Positions 31,870 to 44,523 of a stretch of DNA of 64,000 bases are shown here, piece after piece (within the stretch, counting starts at the first letter, position 1; each line of letters opens with the position of its first letter). A program made the translations under genes and the position numbers. Source of the stretch: Octopus sinensis (taxonomy: Eukaryota); assembly GCF_006345805.1 (NCBI RefSeq), contig NC_043001.1, positions 19,778,001 through 19,842,000 of the forward strand. Direction: 5' to 3'. The notes beneath the pieces are model-generated. The model saw only the letters and a list, made by a program, of their open reading frames with translations. It did no database searches and was not told the origin of the DNA.

Positions 31870-34200
31870 ATATATTTAAAAAAGGAGATGTGGAACACGA
31901 GTTGTGATATATAAAAAAATGAAATGAAGAAAATGCTGACAAAATAATTTAAGTAAGGCAGAGTGTATTTAATTAGGTGAAAGTTTTTACCGGTTGCGCA
32001 TTTGTTATGCTTATCAAAAGATATTTTTTAAGAGAGATAGAGTTCCTTTCTGATAGATTTTTTTCTCTTATCTGAATTTATGTTGGGTTTGCTGTCTCTT
32101 ATATGTGAAAAAAGAGGCTCCAGAGTTGTTTAAGATTTGCTTGGTTTCGCGCCTAAAATTTCTTGTGGACAATGGTCAATACAATTTTGATTGGTCATTA
32201 TAAAGGGGTCACATGAATGTTTGAATGGAAGTTGGTGTTGGGGTAAGAAAATAGGCTCCAGAGATGTTAAAATTTGGCTAGTGTCGCGCCTAAAATTTCT
32301 TATTGGTCATAATAAAGAGGTCACATGGATGTGGTCATAATAGAGAGGTCATGTGAATGTTTAGAATGAATGTTGGTGTGGGTGGAGTATGGAGTTTTCG
32401 AAAATAGCATTGTTGAAAATTCTTATTGTTCAGGCTGGTCAGTAGACGTCATGTGGAAATTTTAAATAGCTTTTTAGTGAGTAGTTAAGGAGTGTATTTT
32501 CCGCTTGACTGAATTTGAGCTGGATAAGTAAGTTCATTTAGGACAGGAAGAGCTATATGTATGTATGTGTGCGCGTGTGTGTGTGTGTTTATATGTATGT
32601 TGGGGCGCGCGCGTGTGTATATGTGTGTGTGTGTGTGGGTACAATTTTCAATATTTATAGTTCTGCTGGCCTTGTGCCTGTATCGGGAAGCAACGTGTTT
32701 GTGTGAAGTTAATATTTACAGTCATTTCCAAAAAATAGTGTTGGATGTTTTGCACCCGTATCAAATTATGTGTATGTGTGGAACCATATATTTGCGTGTG
32801 TCATGGTGTTAATATCTGGGTAAAAGTGTGTGTAGCGTGTGTGCAGGTGTAAGTGTGTTTGTTGTGGGTTCGTGTTAGGGGGATGTGTTTAGAAGTGGTC
32901 TGTATTTATTAATAAGGTGAGATTCCATGGTTATTCGCTGGGTATGAGTGGCATTGTCTTTAAATTTGTAGAGGGGAAAGATTCTAAAATTGGGATGAAG
33001 TTGTGCGGCACAGGTATCAATATGTGCACTAAGTGCTATTTTTCTGTATTCCTGTATTTTTATTTGGGATCTGTGGACAGTCATGCGTTGGCGAAGGCTA
33101 TTTTTAGTTTGGCCTATGTAGTGTTCATTACAGCCCGAGCAAGTTAAGACATATACTAGGTTTTCTGATGCGCATGTGAAGTTGTGTTTTACTGTGAAAC
33201 GTTGTCCTTGTTTAAAAAGGAATTCCGGACCTTCTATTAGGTTGATGCATATACCACAGTTGGGTCTATTGCATTTGTTTACTGTGGGTTTAGTTGTTGT
33301 GGTTAGCAGTACTTTGGCATTTGTTAGGATGGTTTTCAATGATTTGGGTTGCCTTTTGCTCTTTATGATTTCGTGTGTTAGGAGGATTTGGTTCATTCTA
33401 TGGTCCTTTTTTAATACAGGAATGTTCTGGAGGATGGTGTCAAAAGCTTCATTGTTGAGGGGGTTGTGTGTAGAGATGTATGATAGAGTATGGGGTTTCG
33501 ATGTAACAGGTTTAGGGCGTCTAAGTTCCTGTGTGCTGAGTTTTAGGGCACGTTGGATCCCATTGTCAATTAGTGACGTGGGGTAATCCCTGCTTGTTAA
33601 TGTGTCCTTAAGTTCTTGTAGATGTAAGAGACGGGTGTTTTTATTGGAGACTATAGTGCAAATTCTCTTGGCTAAGTTGTAGGGAATGTTAATTTTAACG
33701 TGTCTAGGGTGGCATGAATTGAAAGGGAGGTATTGCTTGGAGTCTGTGGGCTTGTAGTATATGTCTGTTTCTATTTTTTTGTTGTGAATTTTAATGAGGA
33801 TGTCGAGGAAGGGAATTTGTTGAGGGCTGTATTCCATTGTGAAAATAATGTTTGTGTTGAGCCCATTTATAAGGGTGTGAAATTCTTTAAGCTTCTCGAT
33901 GGTTTCGGGCCAAAGGATGAAGCAGTCATCAAGATATCTCTTCCAGTTCTTCTCTATGTGTGTGTGGAGAGTGGTGCCAAATTGGTTAAGAACGTTATTA
34001 TAGGTGATTTCCAGGTATCCCATGACTAGGTTGGCGTAAGTGGGAGCTGTTTTCGTTCCCATTGCCGTCCCTGATTTCTGTCTGTAGAATTTGTTGTTGA
34101 AGGTGAAGAAATTATTCTCTAAGATGAATTTGAGTCCTTCTAAAATAAATTCCTTTTTGATGCGGTGTGGGAGTTCGTTGGAGTAATTATCCAGCCTATC
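31870..34200 (-). mobile_element. Penelope-like retroelement (RT + GIY-YIG endonuclease), 5'-truncated, with 3' tail
   Basis: ORF reads GTAMGTKTAPTYANLVMG, WKRYLDDCF, FLD, YYKPTD..QYL..HP, then LVYVLTCSGCNEHYIGQT..LRQRM..H. Frame is open from about 34195 to 32875. Confidence 0.92.
32875..34195 (-). CDS. Penelope-like RT C-half plus GIY-YIG endonuclease (truncated ORF, about 440 aa)
   Basis: 395-aa ORF in the track, extendable upstream (LDNYSNELPHRIKKEFILEGLKFILENNFFTFNNKFYRQKSGTA). Confidence 0.85.
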
Positions 34201-35458
34201 TCCTGGGGCTACAAGCTACAGTAGCATCCACCCTTAGTGGTTAACCACATTTAAGTGGCAAACATACTTCACATTGTCATGCAGCTACTGTTTATACCTG
34301 GTTCAGAGATTTATTATATATATATATATATATACAATGGAATTTTTTTTTACTTTCCATCTACAAAATCTACTCACAAGGCTTGATTTGGCCCAAGGCT
34401 GTAGTTAAAGACAATTATCGAAAGTGTCACACAGGAGGACTGAAACCAAAACCATGCAATTGGAAAGTAAACTTCTTAACCAAACACATCTGTTGCAGAT
34501 GTGGGAACAATATTTCATTGTGAGTCACAACTGAGCTATGATGTGGGTTAGTAGCTGTTGGGGTTTGAAGTACTTTCTAACCCTGAATGGAAAGGCCAAC
34601 CTTTGTAATACAGTCTTTACTATGTTAAATATGTTCCCCAATTTGAAATATACCCACAGTGCAATTTCTTGTGGTGGCCACCGGTATACACCACAGTTAA
34701 GAGAAATAAAATAAATCCTAAGATATCCAAACTACACTGGAGAAGGCTAGCCACTGGATTTGGTTAAAAAGATACGATGAGCGATGGCTAGAAGAATATT
34801 GAGCTTTATTTGATAACCAGCTGATCTAGCAAGTGGGGCTTCATATCAGTGAGGGGGGCCGGTGCGCATTGATGCCGTCAAGAGGTAGGCCCTGAAACGG
34901 CGCGCATTCTCTCCTGATTACCCCATACACTTGCTGGCTTCCGGTATGTGGAGTTTTTGACTGGTAGCACTTACATGTGCAAGTTGTTTGCAAGACATCT
35001 GAGTTCAATGCTCACTAAAGGTGATATTTCAAAGACAAATAGGAGTCATGATCTCAAAGGGCTCAGTTCCCTTAGACGGTCTGGACCTAAAAGACCAAAG
35101 TGCTTGATGAAAATTCTTCCTCAAAAGATTTATCTTGCTGTCTGCTCTTCTAATGACCTTGAAGGTTCTAATCACATGATATATCTAGAGGAGGAAAAGT
35201 ATAAGAGTATTTTTCTTGATATGTGTAGTGATTGTGTCTGACTCATAGCTAATGATATTGAGGTACTGAGGTGATTCAAAGCATGTTTGAGGGGCAGGGA
35301 TAAGCAAAATTTCGAATTAGATAACATTTAGGAATGATACCATCTGCCACTACTTAATCACCATTTAACTACATTTTTATCTCTCTCTCCACCTACGTCT
35401 GACTCTGGCTCTCTGACCCCACCCCTCCTCCTCTTTATAATATATATATATGAAAAAA

Positions 35459-35497
<39 letters not shown>

Positions 35498-35736
35498 CTG
35501 TACAATAACTATATAATATATATCATAATGATATTTAATCTCCGATTTTGAAGCGACAATTTTTAAATATAAACAAATGACCGAAAACTGATGAGCTAAC
35601 CTCAGGCTGAATTGAACCCACTAATTGTAGCTGTCATGGCTCCTTGCAAATCTGATTGGTCAAACACTCACCCATCAATTTCAGTCAAATTTAGTTAATA
35701 TATATTTAAACTGTCTGAATACTACATCATCAATGT

Positions 35737-35787
<51 letters not shown>

Positions 35788-36484
35788 TGTGTATGTATGT
35801 ATGTAAATATATCTAAATATATATACTTTATTAATAAAGCTGCAAAGAATGTGACTCGTGTCTGGCCAACCAAGATCTTTCTTTCTTGGCCTGACTGCCA
35901 GCCACCAACACCTCTTGTGTCCATCTCCCATGTTCCTGCCTTTAGGCTTTCACTTCATACGCACCAGCTCAATTTAATTCATTCTCAGTCAAAAGACACC
36001 TGTTGTTATTTTCTTGTTGGTTGTATTTGTAATTGCGTACATGCTCTCCGTTTTTTTGTCTTTGTTGTCGTACACATTTACTATCTTTCTTACCAAAATA
36101 TCTAATGCTCTTAGCTTAGATTGTTTTGAGGGAAGCCAGATCGAACTGTTCCATGTGTAACAGCCTGAAACAGTAAGGACTTCTGGTAAACTTGACTGAT
36201 GAAAGAAAGCCACAAATGACCCGTCTTTTTTTCCTGTCCTTCTAATTGTTGTTTCTCTTGTCCGCCTTTGTATCATTCATCTGTACGAATGTTTAATTGT
36301 CCTCTATTGCATTTTTGTTCCATTATATATATATATACACACAAAATTCAGGAGAAATGAGAGGTAAAAAATATTCATTACCTCTCACTTCTGCATAATT
36401 TGATTAATTATTATGTGTATACACCACAATTGTGATTCATGGATTTTCTGCTCTACTGAGTTTCATTAGAAGCCCATTGCACCC

Positions 36485-36790
36485 ACCAAAGAAATATATA
36501 GGTCTCACAGAGGGAAATTTTAAAGCCAGGTTCAACAATCACGGAAAACAATCAAATTTTCCAGTCATATATGGTCCTTAAAAGAAAAAGGTGCCAGCTA
36601 GAAGATTCACTGGAAGATCTTGGCCAAGTGTAAGCTTTACACCAACAGCAGTGGAAAGTGCAGTCTTTGTGATATGGAAAGATGGCTCATCTGAAAAAGT
36701 TCTTAAGACCCTGCTACATGTCTAAATTGAAGAACTGAAATTTTTGGGTCATGTCCACATATGGAAAAACATTTGCTACGTTTTTGGAAC
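36485..36790 (+). mobile_element. Degenerate GIY-YIG C-terminus of a second Penelope-like family
   Basis: Manual translation with stops and frameshifts: KYIGLTEGNFKARFNNH...HIWSLKEK...IHWKILAKCKLY...KCSLCDMERWLI...LN*RTEIFGSCPH. Confidence 0.65.
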
Positions 36791-36974
36791 CCACCCCACA
36801 AGATCACAGATAGAACCTGCTTTTTATATTATGTCCATGTACAAGCCTTCCATATGTCTTGCCATTTCTTATATATTTCTTATATATATTTTATTGCTTT
36901 ATATATTTTTCTGTATATTATTTTTCACCCTTTATAATTGTGTAACTATATACGCATGTATATATTATATATTA

Positions 36975-37293
36975 CCAGCATCGCCTTACTGGCACTTGTG
37001 CTGGTGGCACGTGAAAAACAACATTCGAGTGAGGTTGTTACTAGTGCCGCTAGACTGGCTCCTGTGCATGTTGCATGTAAAAAACAGTATTTGAGCGTGG
37101 CCATTGCCAGTACCACCTAAAAGCACCCACTACACGCTCGGAGTGGCTGGTGTTAGGAAGGGCATCAAGCTGTAGAAACTCTGCCAGATCAGATTGGAGC
37201 CTGGTGCAGCCATCTGGTTCGCCAGACCTCAGTCAAATCGTCCAACCCATGCTAGCATGGAAAGCAGACGTTAAAAGATGATGATGATGATGA
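36975..37293 (+). mobile_element. Truncated RTE 3' UTR
   Basis: Core plus tail. Confidence 0.82.
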
Positions 37294-37509
37294 CAATGAC
37301 ATATATATATATATACATATACATACAGTGAGAGAAATGGAGAGAGAGAGAGGAGGGGAATAAAAACTGCACAGAAGGATGGCAGAGGAACACACAAAAA
37401 AAAAACACACACAGGATGTGGACATGCTCATCCCTTATCAATTATCACAATTTTGCACCAACACACACACACCCATACACATACATACACATACAATCAT
37501 ATATATATA

Positions 37510-37561
<52 letters not shown>

Positions 37562-37621
37562 CATAATATATACTATATATATTTATAAATAAATGTATAT
37601 TATATATATATATATATATAT

Positions 37622-37883
37622 ATCATCATCATCATCATCATCGTTTAACGTCCGTTTTCCATGCTAGCATGGGTTGGACGGTTCAACTGGGGTCTGGGAA
37701 GCCCGAAGGCTGCACCAGGCCAGTCAGATGTGGCAGTGTTTCTACATCTGGATGCCCTTCCTAACGCCAACCACTCCGAGAGTGTAGTGGGTGATTTTAT
37801 GTGCCACCGACACAGGTGCCAGACGGCCACGCTTGGATGGTGTTTTTTATGTGCCACCGACACAGGTGCCAGACGAGGCTGGC

Positions 37884-37885
<2 letters not shown>
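37622..37885 (-). mobile_element. Truncated RTE 3' UTR
   Basis: Reverse-complement core. Confidence 0.82.
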
Positions 37886-37921
<36 letters not shown>

Positions 37922-38066
37922 ATATTTCGGAATGGTCATATTGCCAGTTTAGCCAATAAAAACACACGCACTATATATTTGGTGTTATTTTGCTTCAGTG
38001 TTATTTATTTTTTACATTAATCTTAATCTTATTTCAGCCAGAGTTCTTTCGTCACACTCCTGTGTG

Positions 38067-38577
38067 TCCTTTGTTTTCTTCTTTCATATTTGCGTCTCTC
38101 CTTACTAAACAATATCTGTTTCAACACACGACTTCACATAAAAAATCAGTGGTCCTTTGTTTCCTTCTTTCTTATTTGCGTCTCTCCTTACTAAACAATA
38201 TCTGTTTCAACACACGACTTCACATAAAAAATCAGTGGTCCTTTGTTTCCTTCTTTCTTATTTGCGTCTCTCCTTACTAAACAATATCTGTTTCAACACA
38301 CGACTTCACATAAAAAATCAGTGGTCCTTTGTTTCCTTCTTTCTTATTTGTGTCTCTCCTTACTAAACAATATCTGTTTCAACACACGACTTCACATAAA
38401 AAATCAGTGGTCCTTTGTTTTCTTCTTTCTTATTTGCGTCTCTCCTTACTAAACAATATCTGTTTCAACACACGACTTCACATAAAAAATCAGTGGTCCT
38501 TTGTTTCCTTCTTTCTTATTTGCGTCTCTCCTTACTAAACAATATCTGTTTCAACACACGACTTCACATAAAAAATC
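38067..38577. repeat. 86-bp minisatellite, about 6 near-identical copies
   Basis: Unit gtcctttgtttccttctttcttatttgcgtctctccttactaaacaatatctgtttcaacacacgacttcacataaaaaatcagtg; ORF-track starts recur every 86 nt. Confidence 0.95.
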
Positions 38578-39106
38578 TTGCACAACAAATATTTAAACGT
38601 ATATAATATATATATATATATATATATAATATATATATATATATTATATATATATATTATATATGTATGTATATGAATAAAGATTATTTACACACACCTA
38701 TGTGTATGTATATATATATATATATGTATGTATTATGTATGTATGTTTGTACAAGAGTGTGTGTGTGTGTATGTTTGTGAGTGTGTGTGTGTGTGAGTGT
38801 GTGTGAAAATATATTACTTCCATTGTCTGCAAAGCATATGATCTTGCATTTAGTGAATAAATAATGTTACCTCTTATCTGTATATATATATATATTTGCT
38901 ATAATGATAAAAGGTGACTGAAATATTTTATACTTTCAACATCCTGTTACTGCAATTTACAGATAAAAGTCAAGGAAAACAAATCATGTGGTATTTTTCA
39001 TAAATTCCCATGAGTTCTGATATCTTTTCTTTGTCAATTCCTTTCTCCCCCATTTCTCGTCTCCTTCTTTTCTCTCTCTCTCTTTTTCTTGTTTATTTTA
39101 TTTTTT

Positions 39107-39343
39107 GTGCGGGTGGCACGTAAAATGTGCGGGTGGCACGTAAAATGTGCGGGTGGCACGTAAAAAGCACCCACTACACTCACGGAGTGGTTGGCGTTAG
39201 GAAGGGCATCCAGCCGTAGAAACACTGCCAGATTTGACTGGGCCTGATGAAGCCTTCTGGCTTCACAGACCCCAGTAGAACCGTCCAACCCATGCTAGCA
39301 TGGAAAGCGGACGCTAAACGACGATGATGATGATGATGATGAT
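39107..39343 (+). mobile_element. Truncated RTE 3' UTR with a 20-bp triplication at its 5' junction
   Basis: gtgcgggtggcacgtaaaat x3, then core. Confidence 0.82.
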
Positions 39344-39374
39344 GTCTTGTTGAGTATTTGTACACCTCATTCAG

Positions 39375-39640
39375 AGGAAGTCGTATGGCTCAGTGGTGTG
39401 GGTATCTGGTTCGTGACTGTAAGGCCATGAGTTTAATTTCCAGCGGTGTGTTGAGCCCTTGAGCTAGACACTTTATTTCATGTAGCTTCAGTCCACTCGG
39501 CTGGCAAAAGGAGATTGTACCTGTCATTCAAAGGGCCAGCCGTGTCACATTCTGTGTCATGCTGAACCTCCTTGAGAACTATGTTAAGGGTATGTGTGTC
39601 TGTGGAGTACTCAGCCAGCTGCATGTATATTAATTTCATA
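39375..39640 (+). mobile_element. SINE family C-related
   Basis: tggctcagtggt head; cttgagctagacactttatttca. Confidence 0.65.
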
Positions 39641-39925
39641 GGTCGTTGCCAGTAATTCGAGCAAGGTCGTTGCCAGTACATTCAAGTGAGGTTGTTGCCA
39701 GTACCGCCTGACTGGCCTCCGTGCCGGTGGCACGTAAAAAGCACCCACTACACTCTCGGAGTGGTTAGCATTAGGAAGGGCATCCAGCTATAGAAACTCT
39801 GCCAGATCAAGATTGGAGCCTGGTGCAGCCATCTGGTTCGCCAGGCCTCAGTCAATGTCGTCCAACCCATGCTAGCATGGAAAGTGGACGTTAAACAATG
39901 ATGATGTTGATGATGATGATGATGA
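39640..39925 (+). mobile_element. Truncated RTE 3' UTR
   Basis: Core plus tail. Confidence 0.82.
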
Positions 39926-40067
39926 GCAGGCTGTTCCGTTGATCAGATCAACTTGAATCCACACTGTCATTGTAACCAATGGAATGCCAGTACATCCAGA
40001 GGATAAAGACTTCATTCCATTCCAACTTGTTCAGTTCACACTTTTATTTAACATGAATAATTAGAGA

Positions 40068-40712
40068 CATCATCATCATCATCGTTTAACATCCGCTTTC
40101 CATGCTAGCATGGGTTGGACGATTTGACTGAGGACTGGCGAACCAGATGGCTGCACCAGGCTCCATCTGATCTGGCAAAGTTTCTACAGCTTGATGCCCT
40201 TCCTAACGCCAACCAATCCAAGAGTGTAGTGGGCGCATTTACGTGCCACCAACACGAGGGCCAGTCTGGCGGTACTGGCAACGGCCATGCTCAAATGGTG
40301 TTTTTTATGTGCCACCTGTACAGGAGCCAGTCCAGCGGCACTGGCAACGACCTCGCTCGAATGTTTTTTCCTGTGCCACCAGCACAAGTGCCAGTAAGGT
40401 GGTGCTGGTAACGACCACGCTTGAATCATGCTTTTTACCTGCCACCGGTACGGAAGCCAGTTAGCTGCTCTGACATCGATCACGCTCGGATAGTGCTCTT
40501 AGCACTCCACTAGCACGGATGTCAGTCATTGAATTTGATTTCAATTTCGATTTCACTTGCCTCAACAGGTCTTCGCAAGCAGAGTTTGGTGTCCAATAAA
40601 GGAAAGGTACGCATAAGCGGTCTGGTTACACCCCTGGCATAGGCCATGAGGTTATGGTCTCACTTGGCTTGCCGGGTCTTCTCAAGCACAGCATATTTCC
40701 AAAGGTCTCAGA
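40068..40712 (-). mobile_element. RTE 3' UTR plus ORF end
   Basis: Extends into sequence homologous to 49310-49460. Confidence 0.82.
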
Positions 40713-40741
40713 GGTAATTTGTATTATATTTATTGCTTATA

Positions 40742-41015
40742 GCCACTGACTGGCTCCCGTGCCAGTGACATGTAAAAAGCACTATCGGAGCATGATTGAT
40801 GCCAGGCCCGCCTGACTGGCTCCTGTGCCAGTGGCACATAAAAAGCACCCACTACACTCTCGGAGTGGTTGGTGTTAGTAAGGGCATCCAGCTGTAGAAA
40901 CTTTGCCAGATCAGATTGGAGCCTGGTGCAGCTGCTGGTTCTGCAGACCTCAGTCAAACCATCCAGCCCATGCCAGTATGGAAAACGGACGTCAGATGAC
41001 AACAATGATGATGAT
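40742..41015 (+). mobile_element. Truncated RTE 3' UTR
   Basis: Core plus tail. Confidence 0.8.
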
Positions 41016-41170
41016 GTGTTACCCCATCCTCCAATTCACCAGATATTGTTCCTTCAGATTTCCACTTATTCAGGTTTCTACAGAATAGTCTTAATGGTAA
41101 AAATTTCAATTCCTTGGATGACGTAAAAAGATACCTTGATGAATTCTTTGGCATGAAATCACCTCCCATC
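41013..41170 (+). mobile_element. Mariner transposase C-terminal fragment (same family)
   Basis: Matches 52801-52955. Confidence 0.8.
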
Positions 41171-41626
41171 TTTATAAATTCACTATGGGGAACCAAACAG
41201 GAAGCACTTAAACACATATGCCCCCTCAGAAAAGGGCTTGCTGTGATTCCACAAAAAATGGTGAAGCTGTCAACAATCTGGACCATTAATTATACAGATT
41301 AACAAATAAGCTTTCTTTTACACTAGAGATCAAAGTAGTTTTTTTGTTTTTTGTTTTTCTTTCTCAATGCATTTTAGATGCTGATTCAATCAAAAGCGAA
41401 ATATTAACTTGCTTTGGAAACAAGTGAGAGTTGGTGACAAGAAGGGTATCCAGATGTTGAAAATCTCCCTCAGAAAATTCCATCTGGTCCCCAATGAAAA
41501 AATTGATAAAAATCATTCACAAAACAAATAAATAAAGTCAAAATTTGAACTACTGAAATTCCTATCACACTTTATATCTGAACACCTTGAAATGTCATCT
41601 GACACAATATAGGTTCATATATAAAA

Positions 41627-41666
<40 letters not shown>

Positions 41667-41764
41667 GTATGTGCGTGCATGCATGTTATATGTCCCCACA
41701 TGTGTTGTAGTGTCCCTCTCTGTGCAATGTCTTTATGGCAATCTAAAAGAGATAAAGAAGCTTG

Positions 41765-41923
41765 CTTCTCAGCCACATGGCTTGCGGTTCAGTTCCACTG
41801 CATGGCACCCTGGGTAAGTGACTTCTACTATAGCCTTGGGTCAACCAAAGCTTTGTGAGTGGATTTGGTAGATGGAAACTGAAAGAAGCCTGTTGTATAT
41901 ATACAACAGGCTCCTTTCAGTTT
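41765..41923 (+). mobile_element. SINE family B 5' half ending in a ~48-bp palindrome
   Basis: aaactgaaagaagcctgttgtata|tatacaacaggctcctttcagttt. Confidence 0.7.
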
Positions 41924-41936
41924 ATATATATATATA

Positions 41937-42277
41937 CTGTTGTGTCTGGGGAGAGTCATTTTCTTTTTGTGCCTTATTATTTAAAACACTCACCGGTAAA
42001 ATTTCCACTTATTTTTTATTTTTATTTTCCTAAAATTTTCAAACAAACAAAGAAAAAGGAAAGCAGTGTAAATAATGGACAGAGTCAAGACTATTGAAAA
42101 GGTTGCAAGACGCAACGAAAATTTTAGGAAAATAAAAATAAGAAATAAGTGGAAATTTTACTGGTGAGTGTGTTAAATTATAAGGCACCAAAAGAGAATG
42201 ACTCTCCCCAGACACAACAGAATATGCTTCAACACATGAACTCACATAAAGAATCTTGCAAACCAAATCCCAAAATG
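41937..42277. repeat. Foldback repeat: ~200-bp unit (42081-42277, minus) plus inverted partial copy (41937-42040)
   Basis: Arms ctgttgtgtctggggagagtc...cctaaaattttc and its reverse complement at 42117-42220. Confidence 0.75.
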
Positions 42278-42281
42278 AAAC

Positions 42282-42317
<36 letters not shown>

Positions 42318-42318
<1 letters not shown>

Positions 42319-42740
42319 CATCATCGTTTAATGTCCGCTTTCCATGCTAGCATGGGTTGGGCGAATGGCTGAGGGCTGGTGAACCAGATGGTTGCACCAG
42401 GCTTCAATCTTGATCTGGCAGAGTTTCTACAGCTGGATGCCCTTCCTAACGCCAACAACTCTGAGAGTGTAGTGGGTGCTTTTTATGTGCCACCAGCACG
42501 GGGCCACTCAGGCGGTACTGGCAATCGTTTACACATGCTTGAATCTTTTACACATGCCACCAGCACAGGTACCAGTAAGGCGATGCTGGCAACAATCACG
42601 CTAGAATGGTCTTTTATGTGCCACCAGCATGGAGGCCAGATAGGTGCTCTGGCAATGATTACGCTTGGGTGGTGCTCTTAATACCCTACTAGCACGGGGC
42701 TCGGGTGCCAGTAAGGTGACTTTTAAGTGCCACTGGCACT
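42318..42740 (-). mobile_element. Truncated RTE 3' UTR
   Basis: Reverse-complement core plus subrepeats. Confidence 0.8.
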
Positions 42741-42769
42741 ACACACAATGGGATTCTTTCTGTTATATA

Positions 42770-43410
42770 TATGTGTGTGTGTTTGTGTGTGTGTGTGTGT
42801 TTGTCCCCACTGCCATCACTTGACAACCAATGCTGGTGTGTTAATGCCCCCATAGCGTAATGGTTCGGCAAAAGAAATCGATAGAATCAGTACTAGACAT
42901 ACAAAGTATAAGTCCTGGGGTTGATCTTTGTAACTAAAACCTATTAAGGTGGTGCTCCAGCATGGTCACAGTCAAATGACTGAAATTGGTAAAAGAATAT
43001 TTATATATAGGTGCAGGAGTGGCTGTGTGGTAAGTAGCTTGCTTACCAACCACATGGTTCCGGGTTCAGTCCCACTGTGTGGCATCTTGGGCAAGTGTCT
43101 TCTGCTATAGCCCCGGGCCAACCAATGCCTTGTGATTGGATTTGGTAGACGGAAACTGAAAGAAACCTGTCGTATATATGTATATATGTATGTGTGTGTA
43201 TATGTTTGTGTGTCTGTATTTGTCCCCCTAGCATTGCTTGACAACCGATGCTGGTGTGTTTACGTCCCCATCACTTAGCGGTTCGGCAAAAGAGACCGAC
43301 AGAATAAGTACTGGGCTTACAAAGAATAAGCTCTGGGGTCAATTTGCTCGACTAAAGGCGGTGCTGCAGCATGGTTGCAGTCAAATGACTGAAACAAGTA
43401 AAAGAGAGAA
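42770..43410 (+). mobile_element. Two SINE family B copies (3' half 42770-42985; full copy 43009-43410)
   Basis: Match to the family consensus seen elsewhere in the window. Confidence 0.82.
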
Positions 43411-43734
43411 AAAGAGTAAAGAGTATATAAGTATGTGCATATATATGTGTGTGTGTGTTACTTTCTCTCAAATCACACTTACTACAGTCTTTAAAAAATG
43501 AAGGACACAATGTAATTGATGGTCATGGTTGGAATGCCTTTAATCCTAGGTCTGCCGAACCAAAACTAAACGTCAGTTTAAACAGTAATGTGTAAGGGAA
43601 CATCTATGTAGCAACTAGTGGCAGAATTTCTGAGTGGCCATCATGTCTGATAGAAAAAGCAGGTAAATCTTAGCCCAATTCACTCAAATCTGAAAACAAC
43701 GGACACAAATACACAGGCTTTTATAATAATAATA

Positions 43735-44065
43735 AAAACATTGTGTACAGTGCTCAGGTGCACTACAACTCATCTAAAGTGCATATATAATCAGGTGTAG
43801 TTTTGGCGGATTTCGGAAAGCATGAGGGCCTTAAAGGATGCAGTGTCATGGCAGTCAACAACTGACGCAGGCAATTTGTTCCATGCTTCAGCAACTCTGA
43901 ACGCGAAAAAATGTTTCCGAAAGTCATGGGAGCTGTGTTGTTTTCTGACTTTGTAGGCATGTCCACGTGTGTTAGACACATGGAGATCAAAAAGGTGTTC
44001 AGTGTTGTTGTTGGTGAGGTGGTTGATAACTTTGTGGGTGTTTACCAAGTTATCATAGGTTTGTG
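43735..44065 (-). mobile_element. CR1-type LINE 3' end
   Basis: Minus ORF NTRGHAYKVRKQHSSHDFRKHFFAFRVAEAWNKLP. Confidence 0.82.
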
Positions 44066-44177
44066 AATCAACCATACTCCGGGGATCAACTTCACTACAG
44101 ATTAACCAGCTAAATGCAGAGCCAGCGTTCCCTCAAACCACATGCTACAACTTTCAAACTACAGAATATAGTTCCTG

Positions 44178-44523
44178 CAAAATTCCGCCGAGATCGACTT
44201 TGCCTTTCATCCTTTCGGGGTGGATAAATTAAGTACCAGTTACGCACTGGGGTCGATGTAATCGACTTAATTCGTTTGTCTGTCCCGTCTATGTTTAGCC
44301 CCTTCATCATCATCATCATTTAGCGTCCGTTTTCCACGCTAGCATGGGTTGGACGGTTCAACTGGGGTCTGGGAAGCCAGAAGGCTGCACCAGGCCCAGT
44401 CTGATCTGGCAATGTTTCTACGGCTGGATTCCCTTCCTAACGCCAACCACTCCGTGAGTGTAGTGGGTGCCTTTTACGTGCCAGACGGGGCTGGCAAGGT
44501 GCCTTGTGGGTAATAAAGTAAAT
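44178..44523 (+). mobile_element. 5'-truncated SINE family A with a nested RTE 3'-UTR fragment (44305-44497, minus) and 15-bp TSD
   Basis: TSD agaatatagttcctg at 44163-44177 and 44524-44538. Confidence 0.8.

Noticed and set aside
34650-35300. ORF 34948..35241 and a minus-strand RTFK...QALWSFRSRP...PFEIM integrase-like phrase
   Set aside because: The resemblance to LTR-retrotransposon integrase is too short and stop-riddled to support without a search.
35722-36276. ORFs 35797..36105 and 35989..36276
   Set aside because: No recognisable motif; possibly very old RTE debris, but this cannot be supported.
38067-38577. CRISPR-like array
   Set aside because: The repeats are contiguous 86-mers with no unique spacers, no cas genes are present, and the context is eukaryotic.
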